Of a stretch of 64,000 bases of DNA, positions 38,398 through 47,350 are shown in pieces; the stretch's first letter is position 1, and the number at the start of each line of letters is the position of its first letter. This stretch comes from Deferribacterales bacterium (GTDB lineage Bacteria; Chrysiogenota; Deferribacteres; Deferribacterales; Geovibrionaceae), in assembly GCA_050253075.1 (NCBI GenBank), contig JBFWJS010000003.1, positions 309,458 to 373,457 of the forward strand. The letters are read 5' to 3'. Position numbers and translations under genes: made by a program. A model generated the notes under the pieces. The model had not been told where the DNA came from, did no database searches, and saw only the letters and a list, made by a program, of their open reading frames with translations.

Positions 38398-39646
38398 ACT
38401 GCCTGATGGGTGGAGAGAGGAAAGCTTATCAAATATTACAAACATCATAGTAAGTAATGTAGATAAGAAGTCGTCTTCTACAGAAATACCAGTGACTCTT
38501 TGTAATTATATGGATGTTTATAACAACTCATATATAGATAAATCTCTTAATTTTATGACTGCGACAGCTACAAAAGAGGAGATAAATAAATTTTCTCTTA
38601 AAGTTGACGATGTCTTAATCACTAAGGATTCTGAAACCCCTGAAGATATTGCTATTCCAGCCGTAGTTTCTGAAATTTTTGATAACTTTGTTTGTGGTTA
38701 CCATCTAGCGATATTGAGACCGAAAAACGGTCTTGCGGGACGTTTTCTTAATAATATTTTGATGTCAAAAAAAGTACATAATCATTTTGTACGTTTTGCA
38801 AATGGGGCAACAAGATTTGGTTTAACATTAGATGCAATAAAAAAAGCTAAAATTCCACTCCCCCCAATAGAAGAGCAGAGGAAGATTGCGGAGATACTGG
38901 GCACTGTGGATGAGAAGATAAGCAACATAGACCAGCAGATATCCGCCACAGAAACCCTGAAAAAAGGACTGATGCAAAAACTCTTCACCGAAGGCATCGG
39001 ACACACCGAATTCAAATCCACCGAAATCGGCACCCTCCCCAAATCATGGGAGGTTAGGTCAATTGAAAATATTGCTGATGTTTCATCAAGTAAAAGGATT
39101 ATGAAGTCTGAATATGTTAATGAAGGAATTCCTTTTTATCGCTCTAAAGAAATTATTTTAAAATCTAGAAGGCATAAGCTCGCAGATGTAATATATATCT
39201 CGAATGAAAGATTTATTAGTCTAAAAGAAAAATTTGGCGCACCTGTAACTGGAGATATCCTGATAACAGCAGTAGGCACAATTGGGGTTTGTTATGTTGT
39301 ACAGGAAGAAGAGTTTTACTTTAAGGATGGTAATTTACTTTGGATGAGAAATATTTCAGATAACTTAAACTCTGATTTCTTAATTTATTATTTTCAAACG
39401 AGAAATTTTAAGAAATCAATTGAGGATGTTAGTGGTGGCTCAAATCAGCATGCTTTAACGATCATTAAATTTAATAATGTATGCCTTCCTTTACCACCCA
39501 TTGAAGAACAGCAAAAAATTGCATCTATACTGACAGAGGTGGATAACAAGATAGAATCCCTGAAAAAGAAAAAAGAGAAATACACCACCCTGAAAACAGG
39601 ACTTATGCAGCAACTCCTCACCGGACAAAAGCGAGTCGAGATATGA
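38387..39646 (+). CDS. hsdS: Type I RM specificity subunit
   Basis: LPDGW and LPKSW starts, two TRDs each ending PLPPIEEQ.KIA, LMQQLLTG. Confidence 0.95.
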   Translation: MSHKLPDGWREESLSNITNIIVSNVDKKSSSTEIPVTLCNYMDVYNNSYIDKSLNFMTATATKEEINKFSLKVDDVLITKDSETPEDIAIPAVVSEIFDNFVCGYHLAILRPKNGLAGRFLNNILMSKKVHNHFVRFANGATRFGLTLDAIKKAKIPLPPIEEQRKIAEILGTVDEKISNIDQQISATETLKKGLMQKLFTEGIGHTEFKSTEIGTLPKSWEVRSIENIADVSSSKRIMKSEYVNEGIPFYRSKEIILKSRRHKLADVIYISNERFISLKEKFGAPVTGDILITAVGTIGVCYVVQEEEFYFKDGNLLWMRNISDNLNSDFLIYYFQTRNFKKSIEDVSGGSNQHALTIIKFNNVCLPLPPIEEQQKIASILTEVDNKIESLKKKKEKYTTLKTGLMQQLLTGQKRVEI

Positions 39647-40833
39647 GTGAACTTGAGAAAGTTAAAAAATTACATGAAGAAGGAAAAATCGGATATGTAA
39701 CTATAGATACGTCGATACTAGAAAAATATATACATGAGCCAACTTCTGGAATGTGTAGACTACTGAGTAAGTTTAAGCTTCACGGTATAACGTTGACCCT
39801 ATCATCCATTGTGAGAAATGAGTTGATTAAGCATAAAGTTGATGAATATGAGGAGAAAAGAGAGAAAGCTAAGAGTGGGTTAAACGCTGTTAAAAAATTT
39901 ATAAATATTCAGCCATATCCATATGATGATTTAATAGATAAAATTGAATCTCAAGATACGCTTAAGCAGGCTTCTGCTTTATTAGAAGATTTTGAAGATA
40001 TTACAGAATGCGAGACCCTTGGTTTGGAGAGCGTTCAAACCGATGAAATTTATGATAAATATTTTCAACAGAAGCCCCCTTTTGGTAAGAAACAAGATAA
40101 AAAACACGAGTTTCCAGATGCTGCTGCATTAATATCTTTTAGAAACCTTGCAGATAAAGAAGGTAAATATATTGTTGTGGTAGCAAAAGATAATGACTGG
40201 AAAGGTTTTTGTGAAGAAAATGAATGCTTGATATATATTGATGACTTGGATGGCTTGCTGACGTTATTTGATGATCAAGATGCACTAAAGCATATGGAGA
40301 GCTACATTGATAATAGGCTCGATAATTTGAGTGATAAAGCATTTCTTGAGAGGTCAATACGCCAATATGTTTCTGAAAGAGTAGAAGAAATGAAACCCAT
40401 CTCAGACTCTTGTCTTTCATATAGGTATGAAATTTTAGATAATTCAATTGTTTTAGATGATTTTAACATAATACAACAAATCCAATCTCTTTCATTGGAG
40501 AGCGGGTTGTATACATTTGAAATTGAACTTGAGATTTTTGTAAATGCTACAGCATTATTTTATTTCTTTGTTAGAGATAATGAGATGCGTGAAGATACTA
40601 TTACGAAAGACTCTCACATTCATACAACTACATCTGGTGCTGCTGTTATTTCTATAGATGTTAGCGACTTTGTGCACTATGAAAATAATAAACCGTGTAT
40701 AAATACCAATTCTCTTGCAGGTGCAAATTTTACAGGTATAGAGATTGTTGATATAAGTGTTTATATCAGCGGTTTTTCACCAAGTTATGATGAAGTAGAG
40801 AGAACCTGGCTACCAGATTCTGATACATATTAA
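39643..40833 (+). CDS. PIN-like domain protein (DUF4935/PIN_12-like)
   Basis: IDTSIL, IVRNE, YF..KPPFG..KKHEFPDA, KDNDW acidic motifs; ATGA overlap with hsdS. Confidence 0.75.
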   Translation: MSELEKVKKLHEEGKIGYVTIDTSILEKYIHEPTSGMCRLLSKFKLHGITLTLSSIVRNELIKHKVDEYEEKREKAKSGLNAVKKFINIQPYPYDDLIDKIESQDTLKQASALLEDFEDITECETLGLESVQTDEIYDKYFQQKPPFGKKQDKKHEFPDAAALISFRNLADKEGKYIVVVAKDNDWKGFCEENECLIYIDDLDGLLTLFDDQDALKHMESYIDNRLDNLSDKAFLERSIRQYVSERVEEMKPISDSCLSYRYEILDNSIVLDDFNIIQQIQSLSLESGLYTFEIELEIFVNATALFYFFVRDNEMREDTITKDSHIHTTTSGAAVISIDVSDFVHYENNKPCINTNSLAGANFTGIEIVDISVYISGFSPSYDEVERTWLPDSDTY

Positions 40834-40848
40834 GACTGTAGTGAGAGG

Positions 40849-40874
40849 TATTTCATATTTCAAAATATGAAATA
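40849..40874. promoter_or_regulatory. Perfect 12-bp inverted repeat, likely operator of the HTH/nucleotidyltransferase pair
   Basis: TATTTCATATTT-CA-AAATATGAAATA; half-site AATATGAAAT recurs at 40929. Confidence 0.6.
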
Positions 40875-40924
40875 AGCTTTACGTGCATAAGTATATGTGG
40901 TTATATTGAGTTAATAATCACATT

Positions 40925-41458
40925 ATGGAATATGAAATGAAATCTATCAGTGTATATGTTCTTGCAAGTTTAATAGTTAAGAGAGAGCGTTCCGGTTCTT
41001 ATGAAAACTGGGCCAATGAAATTGGTTTGCCAGTGGCGACACTGTTCCGCAGTGTTAAAACTCTTCGTCAGGTAAAACTGATCACAGAGACTGTGGATGG
41101 AGACGTACCGAATTATCAGAATGCAGAAAAGTTTTTGCTGTATGGTTTTCCATTCTGCTTTCATGCAGAGAAGGGAAAGCTGGTACGTGGGTTTAAAACT
41201 GGTGTGGATGCTACTTCTCTTAGGAATGAGTTTGCAGAAGTCGATTATCCTGCCGTATGGCCTCATCACAAGGGCGATGTAAAAGGGTTTGGTATAAAAC
41301 CATTGCATCCTAGTATCCCTGAGCAGGTTGCCGAAGGCAAGATGGATAAGAACCTTTACGAGCTCCTTGCTCTGCTGGATACTGTTTGTGTCGGGCAGGC
41401 TAGAGAGGTTAAGGCCGCTCAGGAAAAGATAAAGGAAATATTGAACGATCATGAATAA
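40925..41458 (+). CDS. wHTH-containing protein (AbiEi-like antitoxin candidate)
   Basis: WANEIGLPVATLFRSVKTLRQVKLI HTH; VWP...G...PLHPS; overlaps the next gene. Confidence 0.65.
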   Translation: MEYEMKSISVYVLASLIVKRERSGSYENWANEIGLPVATLFRSVKTLRQVKLITETVDGDVPNYQNAEKFLLYGFPFCFHAEKGKLVRGFKTGVDATSLRNEFAEVDYPAVWPHHKGDVKGFGIKPLHPSIPEQVAEGKMDKNLYELLALLDTVCVGQAREVKAAQEKIKEILNDHE

Positions 41459-42137
41459 CAGAGACCTGCTCATAAGAATGGCGACAGCACTGAAACCGAT
41501 GCTGGATAAATTCGTTTTTGTCGGCGGCTGCGCTGTTGACCTGCTGGTGACAAGTGAAGCTGTAAACGATGTGCGGATAACTAATGATGTGGATGTCATC
41601 GCTGAGATAGCCACACAGCATCAGTATTACGAGCTTATAGACCAGTTGAAAGAACTGGGCTTTAATGAAAAGATGCCGACACCGGACGATAACTCTCCCA
41701 TATGCAGGCTTATAAAGGAAGGCATGCTGCTGGATGTGATGCCTACGGATGAAAGTGTTCTAGGTTTTTCAAATATCTGGTATCTGCCAGCCCTGAAAAA
41801 TGCGAGAAAGGTCAGCCTTACAGAAGATATTACAGTAAAGGTTGTTACCTCTGCGTATTTCATTGCCACAAAGCTGATGGCTTTCCGCACCAGAGGCGAA
41901 AGCGACTATTACTGCCACGATATGGAAGACATAATCACTGTCTTCAACGGAAATGATAACATAGTGGAAGATATCAGAAACGCTGAGGATGATGTCAGAG
42001 AATATATCAAAAAAGAATTTAGCGAGCTTATGACGGACAGACTGTTTAAAATTAACTGTCTGCCTGCGCATCTGGCCACGGAAAGCCCGAAGCGTGCAGA
42101 GCTTGTTTACGAAAGGATAAAGGACGCCGTTTCATAA
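41451..42137 (+). CDS. Pol-beta-like nucleotidyltransferase (AbiEii-like toxin candidate)
   Basis: FVGGCAV...R.TNDVD, LDVMP, ATKL.AF..RG, HDMEDI. Confidence 0.72.
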   Translation: MNNRDLLIRMATALKPMLDKFVFVGGCAVDLLVTSEAVNDVRITNDVDVIAEIATQHQYYELIDQLKELGFNEKMPTPDDNSPICRLIKEGMLLDVMPTDESVLGFSNIWYLPALKNARKVSLTEDITVKVVTSAYFIATKLMAFRTRGESDYYCHDMEDIITVFNGNDNIVEDIRNAEDDVREYIKKEFSELMTDRLFKINCLPAHLATESPKRAELVYERIKDAVS

Positions 42138-42205
42138 TATATGCACTATGCCAGAACATATGGCACAGTGCAGAAAATCTGGAACGATCCTGCCGGAGAA
42201 GATAG

Positions 42206-45196
42206 ATGTCTGAATATAAAACGTCGGAACTGCCGGCGATAGAGCTTTTGCAAAAGATGGGTTATGAATACTTTGACGCTTCAAAGAGCGACCCCAGAGG
42301 CAGCATACACGAGGTTGTGCTGACTGACAGACTGGAGACCGCCATCCGCAGGCTGAACCCCTGGATGGATGACAACGGCATAAACAAGTGCCTGCATAAG
42401 CTGACAAAGGTAACCGCCGACAGCCTGATGAGTGCGAATAATAACATTCATAAGCTGATCACAGCATCTGCCATCTCAGACTTTTCCATACCAGACCCAG
42501 AAACCAAGCATCACAAGACTCCGATCTTCATAGATTTCCAGAATCCTGAGAATAATGACTTCCTCGCCGTGAACCAGATGAAATATTACGGCAGCAAGGT
42601 GAACTCCATACCGGATATAGTGCTGTATGTGAACGGTCTGCCTCTGGCTGTTATCGAGTGCAAATCACCGACCAATAGGAACGCCATTGAGGAATCTGTT
42701 AGCGACCTGATCTATTATCAGGAGAACAGTCCGGAGCTTTTCCATTATAACCAGATATGTGCCGGAATATACGAAGTCGGCGGCAGGTACGGAAGCATAG
42801 GGGCAAAGAGCACGCATTACAGCGAGTTCAAATCTGAGGATAATTCCGAACTGGAAACCCTGACTGGTAAACAGCCGACCAAGCAGGATGTGCTTTTATA
42901 TAACCTTTTCCGCAAAGATAAGTTTCTGGATGTGATCCGTGACTTTGTAATCTATGAGACAGAAGAAGGACGGACTATAAAGAAGCTCCCACGCTATCAG
43001 CAGCTGAGGGCTGTGCATAAAACACTGCATAAACTGCAGACAGACAAAGAGGGCGGCGTTGTCTGGCATACGCAAGGGAGTGGAAAGTCCATCACCATGC
43101 TTTACCTCGCCATTAAGCTGAAGCGTGAAGAGAGCGGATTCGACAACCCGACTATTATCATTCTCACCGATAGGGTTGACCTAGATAAGCAGATATCAGA
43201 CACCTTTAAAAGGTGCAGCCTGCCGAATGTTATCCGTGCAAAGTCTGTCAGAGACCTAAAGGATAAGCTGAAAGACAGCTACGGAAAAACTATCACCACC
43301 ACCATACACAAGTTTGACGAAGAGATGCCGGACGACATTGAGAACGTCCAGCCGCTTTCTGAGGCTGAGAACCTTTTTGTTATGGTGGATGAGGCGCACA
43401 GAAGCCAGTATGGGCTCTTCGCTGCTTATATGAGAAAACTCCTGCCCAATGCTAAATATATCGCCTTTACAGGCACTCCTATAGATAAAGAGACCAAGAG
43501 CACCCTGAACACCTTTTACGGTGGAAAATACATAGATAAATACACTATCAAGCAGTCTGTGGAAGACGGAGCGACACTGCCTATACTTTATGACATAGGC
43601 ATACCTGAGCTGTTTCTGGAAAAGGAGCAGATGAATAAGCGGTTTGATGATTACTTCGGTGATGAATCCGAAGAGAAAAAGAAACTGCTGAAACAGAAAG
43701 CCACAGGAATGGGCAGCCTGCAAAATGCCAGAGAGCGGATCAAGCGTATTGCTGAGCATATCGTCAAACACTATGGGGAAAAGATTTATCCTAGCGGCCA
43801 CAAGGCAATGCTCGTCTGCTACAGCAGGCAGGCGGCTGTCGAATATAAGAAAGCACTGGATGATGTTGTGGGCAATACTTTTGAGAGCAGAGTCATCCTC
43901 AGTCAGAACACTAAGAAAGATCCGCAGGAGTTCTCAAACTATATTACTCCTGAAAATGACGTTGATAAGGTTATAACTGAATATAAGCTCCCTTTTGGTG
44001 ACGAATCAGAGGTTCGCAAGGACGGCAAAAAGCAGTATAGCAATATCGCATTCCTGATTGTCTGTGACATGCTCCTGACGGGTTATGATGCCCCCATTGC
44101 TCAGGTGATGTATCTTGACAAGCCTATAAAGGAGCATAGCCTCCTGCAGGCTATTGCTAGAGTGAACCGGACGAGAGCCGGAAAGGCGTATGGTCTGATA
44201 GTTGACTTCTGTGGTATTACGCAGTTTCTGGTTGAGGCTCTTGATGCCTTTAGTGGGGACCTCGAGCCATCAGACGTTATGACAGACCTGAATGCCGAAA
44301 AGCCAAAGCTGGACGCTAACCATAATAAGCTGGTGAAGTTTTTTAAAACCGTCAAGGTTGACCCACGAAGCGATAGAGAGGGTTATATTAATGCCTGCGT
44401 GCAGATGCTGGAACCGGAGGATATTCGGGATGAGTTCAAGGTTCTGCTGAAGGCTTTTAACAGGTCTATGGATATAGTCCTGCCTGATGATTATGCGGCA
44501 CAGTATGGATATGACTTTAAGCTGTATAACGACATACGTAATAAGGCAGCGAACACCTATGTAGATAATTCCCTGCATCTCTCCAGCGAGGACTATAAGA
44601 AGCTGAAAAAGCTTATGGATGAGCATCTGCGGGCAAGCGGTGTCTCACATCTGCTGGATGAGCCTGTCGCTATTACCGACCGCAAAAAGTTTCAGGAAGA
44701 GCTGAGTAAGGTCAGCGACCTGAAGACCAGAGCCCTCACCATTGAAAACAGAATAAAGCATAAAATTACGGTAGAGATAGATAAGAACCCTGAGTTTTAT
44801 AAACCGATAGCCGAACTGCTTCAGGAGTTGATAGAGAAGCGGAAAGCAGGAATTATGTCTGTTGCAGATTTGCTGGAAGAGTATGAGAAGATGATGGAAA
44901 GAATTTCTAAGCATGGCAACGGAGGCTTTGAGACTGAGCAAGAGTTTGCGGTCTTTAAAACGCTTGAGAAGCACGTTAACGGTAGAGCTGCGGGGCTTAC
45001 ACCAGAGCTGTTAAAAATTGCTTACGAACAGATTACAGACAGCACAGGCAAAGTTATTTCTGACTGGCATACCAAAGAATATGAAATGAAAGAGATGCGC
45101 AATGCCATCAAGATGAGGATGAAGGACGAACTTGGTATGAAAGCGGCGGCCACACTTGCGCAGGATGTTGTCGAGATACTCAGGAAAAACGCATGA
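42206..45196 (+). CDS. hsdR: Type I RM restriction subunit
   Basis: PDIVLYVNGLPLAVIECK, WHTQGSGKS, DEAHRSQY, FTGTP, MLLTGYD, QAIARVNR. Confidence 0.96.
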   Translation: MSEYKTSELPAIELLQKMGYEYFDASKSDPRGSIHEVVLTDRLETAIRRLNPWMDDNGINKCLHKLTKVTADSLMSANNNIHKLITASAISDFSIPDPETKHHKTPIFIDFQNPENNDFLAVNQMKYYGSKVNSIPDIVLYVNGLPLAVIECKSPTNRNAIEESVSDLIYYQENSPELFHYNQICAGIYEVGGRYGSIGAKSTHYSEFKSEDNSELETLTGKQPTKQDVLLYNLFRKDKFLDVIRDFVIYETEEGRTIKKLPRYQQLRAVHKTLHKLQTDKEGGVVWHTQGSGKSITMLYLAIKLKREESGFDNPTIIILTDRVDLDKQISDTFKRCSLPNVIRAKSVRDLKDKLKDSYGKTITTTIHKFDEEMPDDIENVQPLSEAENLFVMVDEAHRSQYGLFAAYMRKLLPNAKYIAFTGTPIDKETKSTLNTFYGGKYIDKYTIKQSVEDGATLPILYDIGIPELFLEKEQMNKRFDDYFGDESEEKKKLLKQKATGMGSLQNARERIKRIAEHIVKHYGEKIYPSGHKAMLVCYSRQAAVEYKKALDDVVGNTFESRVILSQNTKKDPQEFSNYITPENDVDKVITEYKLPFGDESEVRKDGKKQYSNIAFLIVCDMLLTGYDAPIAQVMYLDKPIKEHSLLQAIARVNRTRAGKAYGLIVDFCGITQFLVEALDAFSGDLEPSDVMTDLNAEKPKLDANHNKLVKFFKTVKVDPRSDREGYINACVQMLEPEDIRDEFKVLLKAFNRSMDIVLPDDYAAQYGYDFKLYNDIRNKAANTYVDNSLHLSSEDYKKLKKLMDEHLRASGVSHLLDEPVAITDRKKFQEELSKVSDLKTRALTIENRIKHKITVEIDKNPEFYKPIAELLQELIEKRKAGIMSVADLLEEYEKMMERISKHGNGGFETEQEFAVFKTLEKHVNGRAAGLTPELLKIAYEQITDSTGKVISDWHTKEYEMKEMRNAIKMRMKDELGMKAAATLAQDVVEILRKNA

Positions 45197-45891
45197 TGAT
45201 CAAATACGGGAACTCCGAAATAGAGTTCACCCATATCATAAAACCAAAGTTGAAAAGGATGTATATCAGTGTCGATTCTAAAAACGGCGTAGTGGTGAAA
45301 ACGCCGGATGTGCCGGAGTCGAAAGTTATAGAACTGGTGCATAAAAAAGCCGGCTGGATTCTTAAGAAGAAGGCTTTGGTTCAGGAGAGCCTCACCGATT
45401 TCGAGTTTGAGACTGGTTCCAGACTACCGTATCTCGGCAAAAGATATTATCTGAAGCTGGAAGAAGACAAGACTGCCGGAGTCGGCAAAGCATATCTGAC
45501 ATTCAATCATTCAAAGTTTACCCTGCGGTATAACCCTTACCTGATGAAAGAAGAATATATGCATAAGGCCCTGGATGAGTTTTATAGGGAGAAGGCGAAG
45601 GAGCGTATTACCTCTTTGGCTAGCCAGTGGGCTAAGGTAATGGGGCTCGTCTACACAAAGATCACCTTTAAGAAGGTTGCTAAAAGGTGGGGGAGCTGCT
45701 CATCCAGGGGGAACATCATGTTCAACTATGAGGCCATCAAGCTGCCGATAGATTGTGTCGAGTATATTGTGGTTCACGAAATCGCCCATCTGAAGCACCA
45801 TGATCACAGCAAAGAATTTTGGAAGCTTGTTGAAAAGTACCTGCCAAACTATAAAGACCAGCACGATAAAATGCGTGGCTTTGGCCTCTAA
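45193..45891 (+). CDS. YgjP/DUF45 (M48-like) zinc metallohydrolase
   Basis: RWGSCS and YIVVHEIAHL...HS.EFW; overlaps the hsdR stop. Confidence 0.9.
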   Translation: MMIKYGNSEIEFTHIIKPKLKRMYISVDSKNGVVVKTPDVPESKVIELVHKKAGWILKKKALVQESLTDFEFETGSRLPYLGKRYYLKLEEDKTAGVGKAYLTFNHSKFTLRYNPYLMKEEYMHKALDEFYREKAKERITSLASQWAKVMGLVYTKITFKKVAKRWGSCSSRGNIMFNYEAIKLPIDCVEYIVVHEIAHLKHHDHSKEFWKLVEKYLPNYKDQHDKMRGFGL

Positions 45892-46103
45892 AACTAACAA
45901 AAGGTCTAATAGCTATATTTTAGAGAATAGGTCTTCAAATAAATCAGATTAAACTAATTCATAAATAACAACTAAAACGACCGTTTTAAGTTGTAGTAAT
46001 GATAAAAATGTAGTAAAAATTTAACATATGCTATTTACCCTTTTAAGGGTTTGAAAGAAGTATGTGATATTCACATTATGCATTAGTTACCCCTTCAGGG
46101 GCG

Positions 46104-46133
46104 AGGCCTGCCATTTTACTTGGTGGGCCTTTT
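46104..46133 (+). terminator. Putative intrinsic terminator
   Basis: AGGCCTGCCA-N7-TGGTGGGCCT-TTT. Confidence 0.55.
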
Positions 46134-46434
46134 ATATTTAAAATTTAAATCATAGCTTATTTTGCTTTGTTAACTTATTATGTCATGTTTTACAATTAAT
46201 TAGCTCTAATTATTCTGTATGGGTTCATTGTTGCGCATCTTTGAAAAAAATATTTAATAGCGTGAAATTCAAAAAGTAACCTTTTATCAATAATCTATAA
46301 AGTTATGCCTAAGTATGTGGCGGTGGTAGAAATCCTCTTATTTAACAAGTAATTATGCGTTGACAATAGGGTTAAGGGAAGCTAGGTTTTAGAAAATGAG
46401 ATTGAGATAAAATGAATGATTCAAGGAGTCTTTG

Positions 46435-47115
46435 ATGGCGAGACCTAGGCGAACAAATGCCGATTTTTTTGGTCATGATGCTCATATGCGAAATAATAGA
46501 AAAGTGAAAGCTTTGCGATCGAAACATGGCATTGAAGGCTATGGGGTCTACATAATGTTTTTAGAGAGCCTAACTAGTTCTGATCATTATCGTATTCTTA
46601 TAGATGATGGAGAGCTTGAGCTCATTGCTGGAGATTTTGATGTGCCATCATCAAGATTAAAAGAGTTAATAGATTATATGATTTTTTTGAAGTTGCTTCA
46701 AAAGGATGGGCAGCTAATTTATTCAGATGATCTTTTGAAAATATTAGAGCCTCTTTTTGAGAAACGCAGAAGGGATTTGGATTATCGACGTCGAAAAACT
46801 GACGATTCAGCAGATATCGATGACGAAAATACACAAAGGAAAGAAGAGAATAGTAAAGCAAATAAAAGAAAAGAAGAGATTGACGACGTGATTTCGTCTG
46901 ATGATTTATTGATGTATATCGTTATGGACTCTAGTGAGACTTCATATGTTAACAAGCAAGAACTTGTTAACGTTATAAACGAATTAAGAGAAAATGGGAT
47001 ATGTGATGATGAAATATTTACTTTTGTCAAAACTAAAACTCCTAAAACATTAACAACAAAGAATCTATTCTTAAATGACTGGCATAAAGAGGTGCAACAT
47101 GCAAAAACGAAATAA
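46435..47115 (+). CDS. DUF4373-like (phage replisome-organiser/initiator-type) protein
   Basis: FF.HD...RN..KVKALR.KHG.EGYG.Y...LE.L; AAGGAG RBS; TTGACA(46360)-17bp-TAGGTT promoter. Confidence 0.72.
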   Translation: MARPRRTNADFFGHDAHMRNNRKVKALRSKHGIEGYGVYIMFLESLTSSDHYRILIDDGELELIAGDFDVPSSRLKELIDYMIFLKLLQKDGQLIYSDDLLKILEPLFEKRRRDLDYRRRKTDDSADIDDENTQRKEENSKANKRKEEIDDVISSDDLLMYIVMDSSETSYVNKQELVNVINELRENGICDDEIFTFVKTKTPKTLTTKNLFLNDWHKEVQHAKTK

Positions 47116-47317
47116 TATTATTGTTGATGAAGAACTTTTGACTTATGAGGAAATGTCATTAATTCTGAAAGTTTCCCCAAAAACTCTCATGAATTGGAAG
47201 TGTCAGGGACTTTTTTGCCCAGGCAAAGATTTTATAAAAATGGGATCATCGAAGCGTTCAGCTATACGTTTTAAAAAGTCTGCCATCATGTCAAAGATTA
47301 AGAACAACTCCCTGTGA
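47099..47317 (+). CDS. Excisionase-like HTH protein
   Basis: LLTYEEMSLILKVSPKTLMNW...FIKMG...IRF; directly upstream of the integrase. Confidence 0.8.
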   Translation: MQKRNNIIVDEELLTYEEMSLILKVSPKTLMNWKCQGLFCPGKDFIKMGSSKRSAIRFKKSAIMSKIKNNSL

Positions 47318-47350
47318 TTTTGAGATATAATCACAGATAAGGAGGTGTAA

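Noticed and set aside
26184..39646. Recombinase-driven hsdS shuffling (phase variation)
   Set aside because: Only one hsdS; no silent TRD cassettes or flanking inverted repeats seen.
45193..45891. YgjP/M48-like gene after hsdR as a novel RM accessory
   Set aside because: This linkage is common in type I RM loci.
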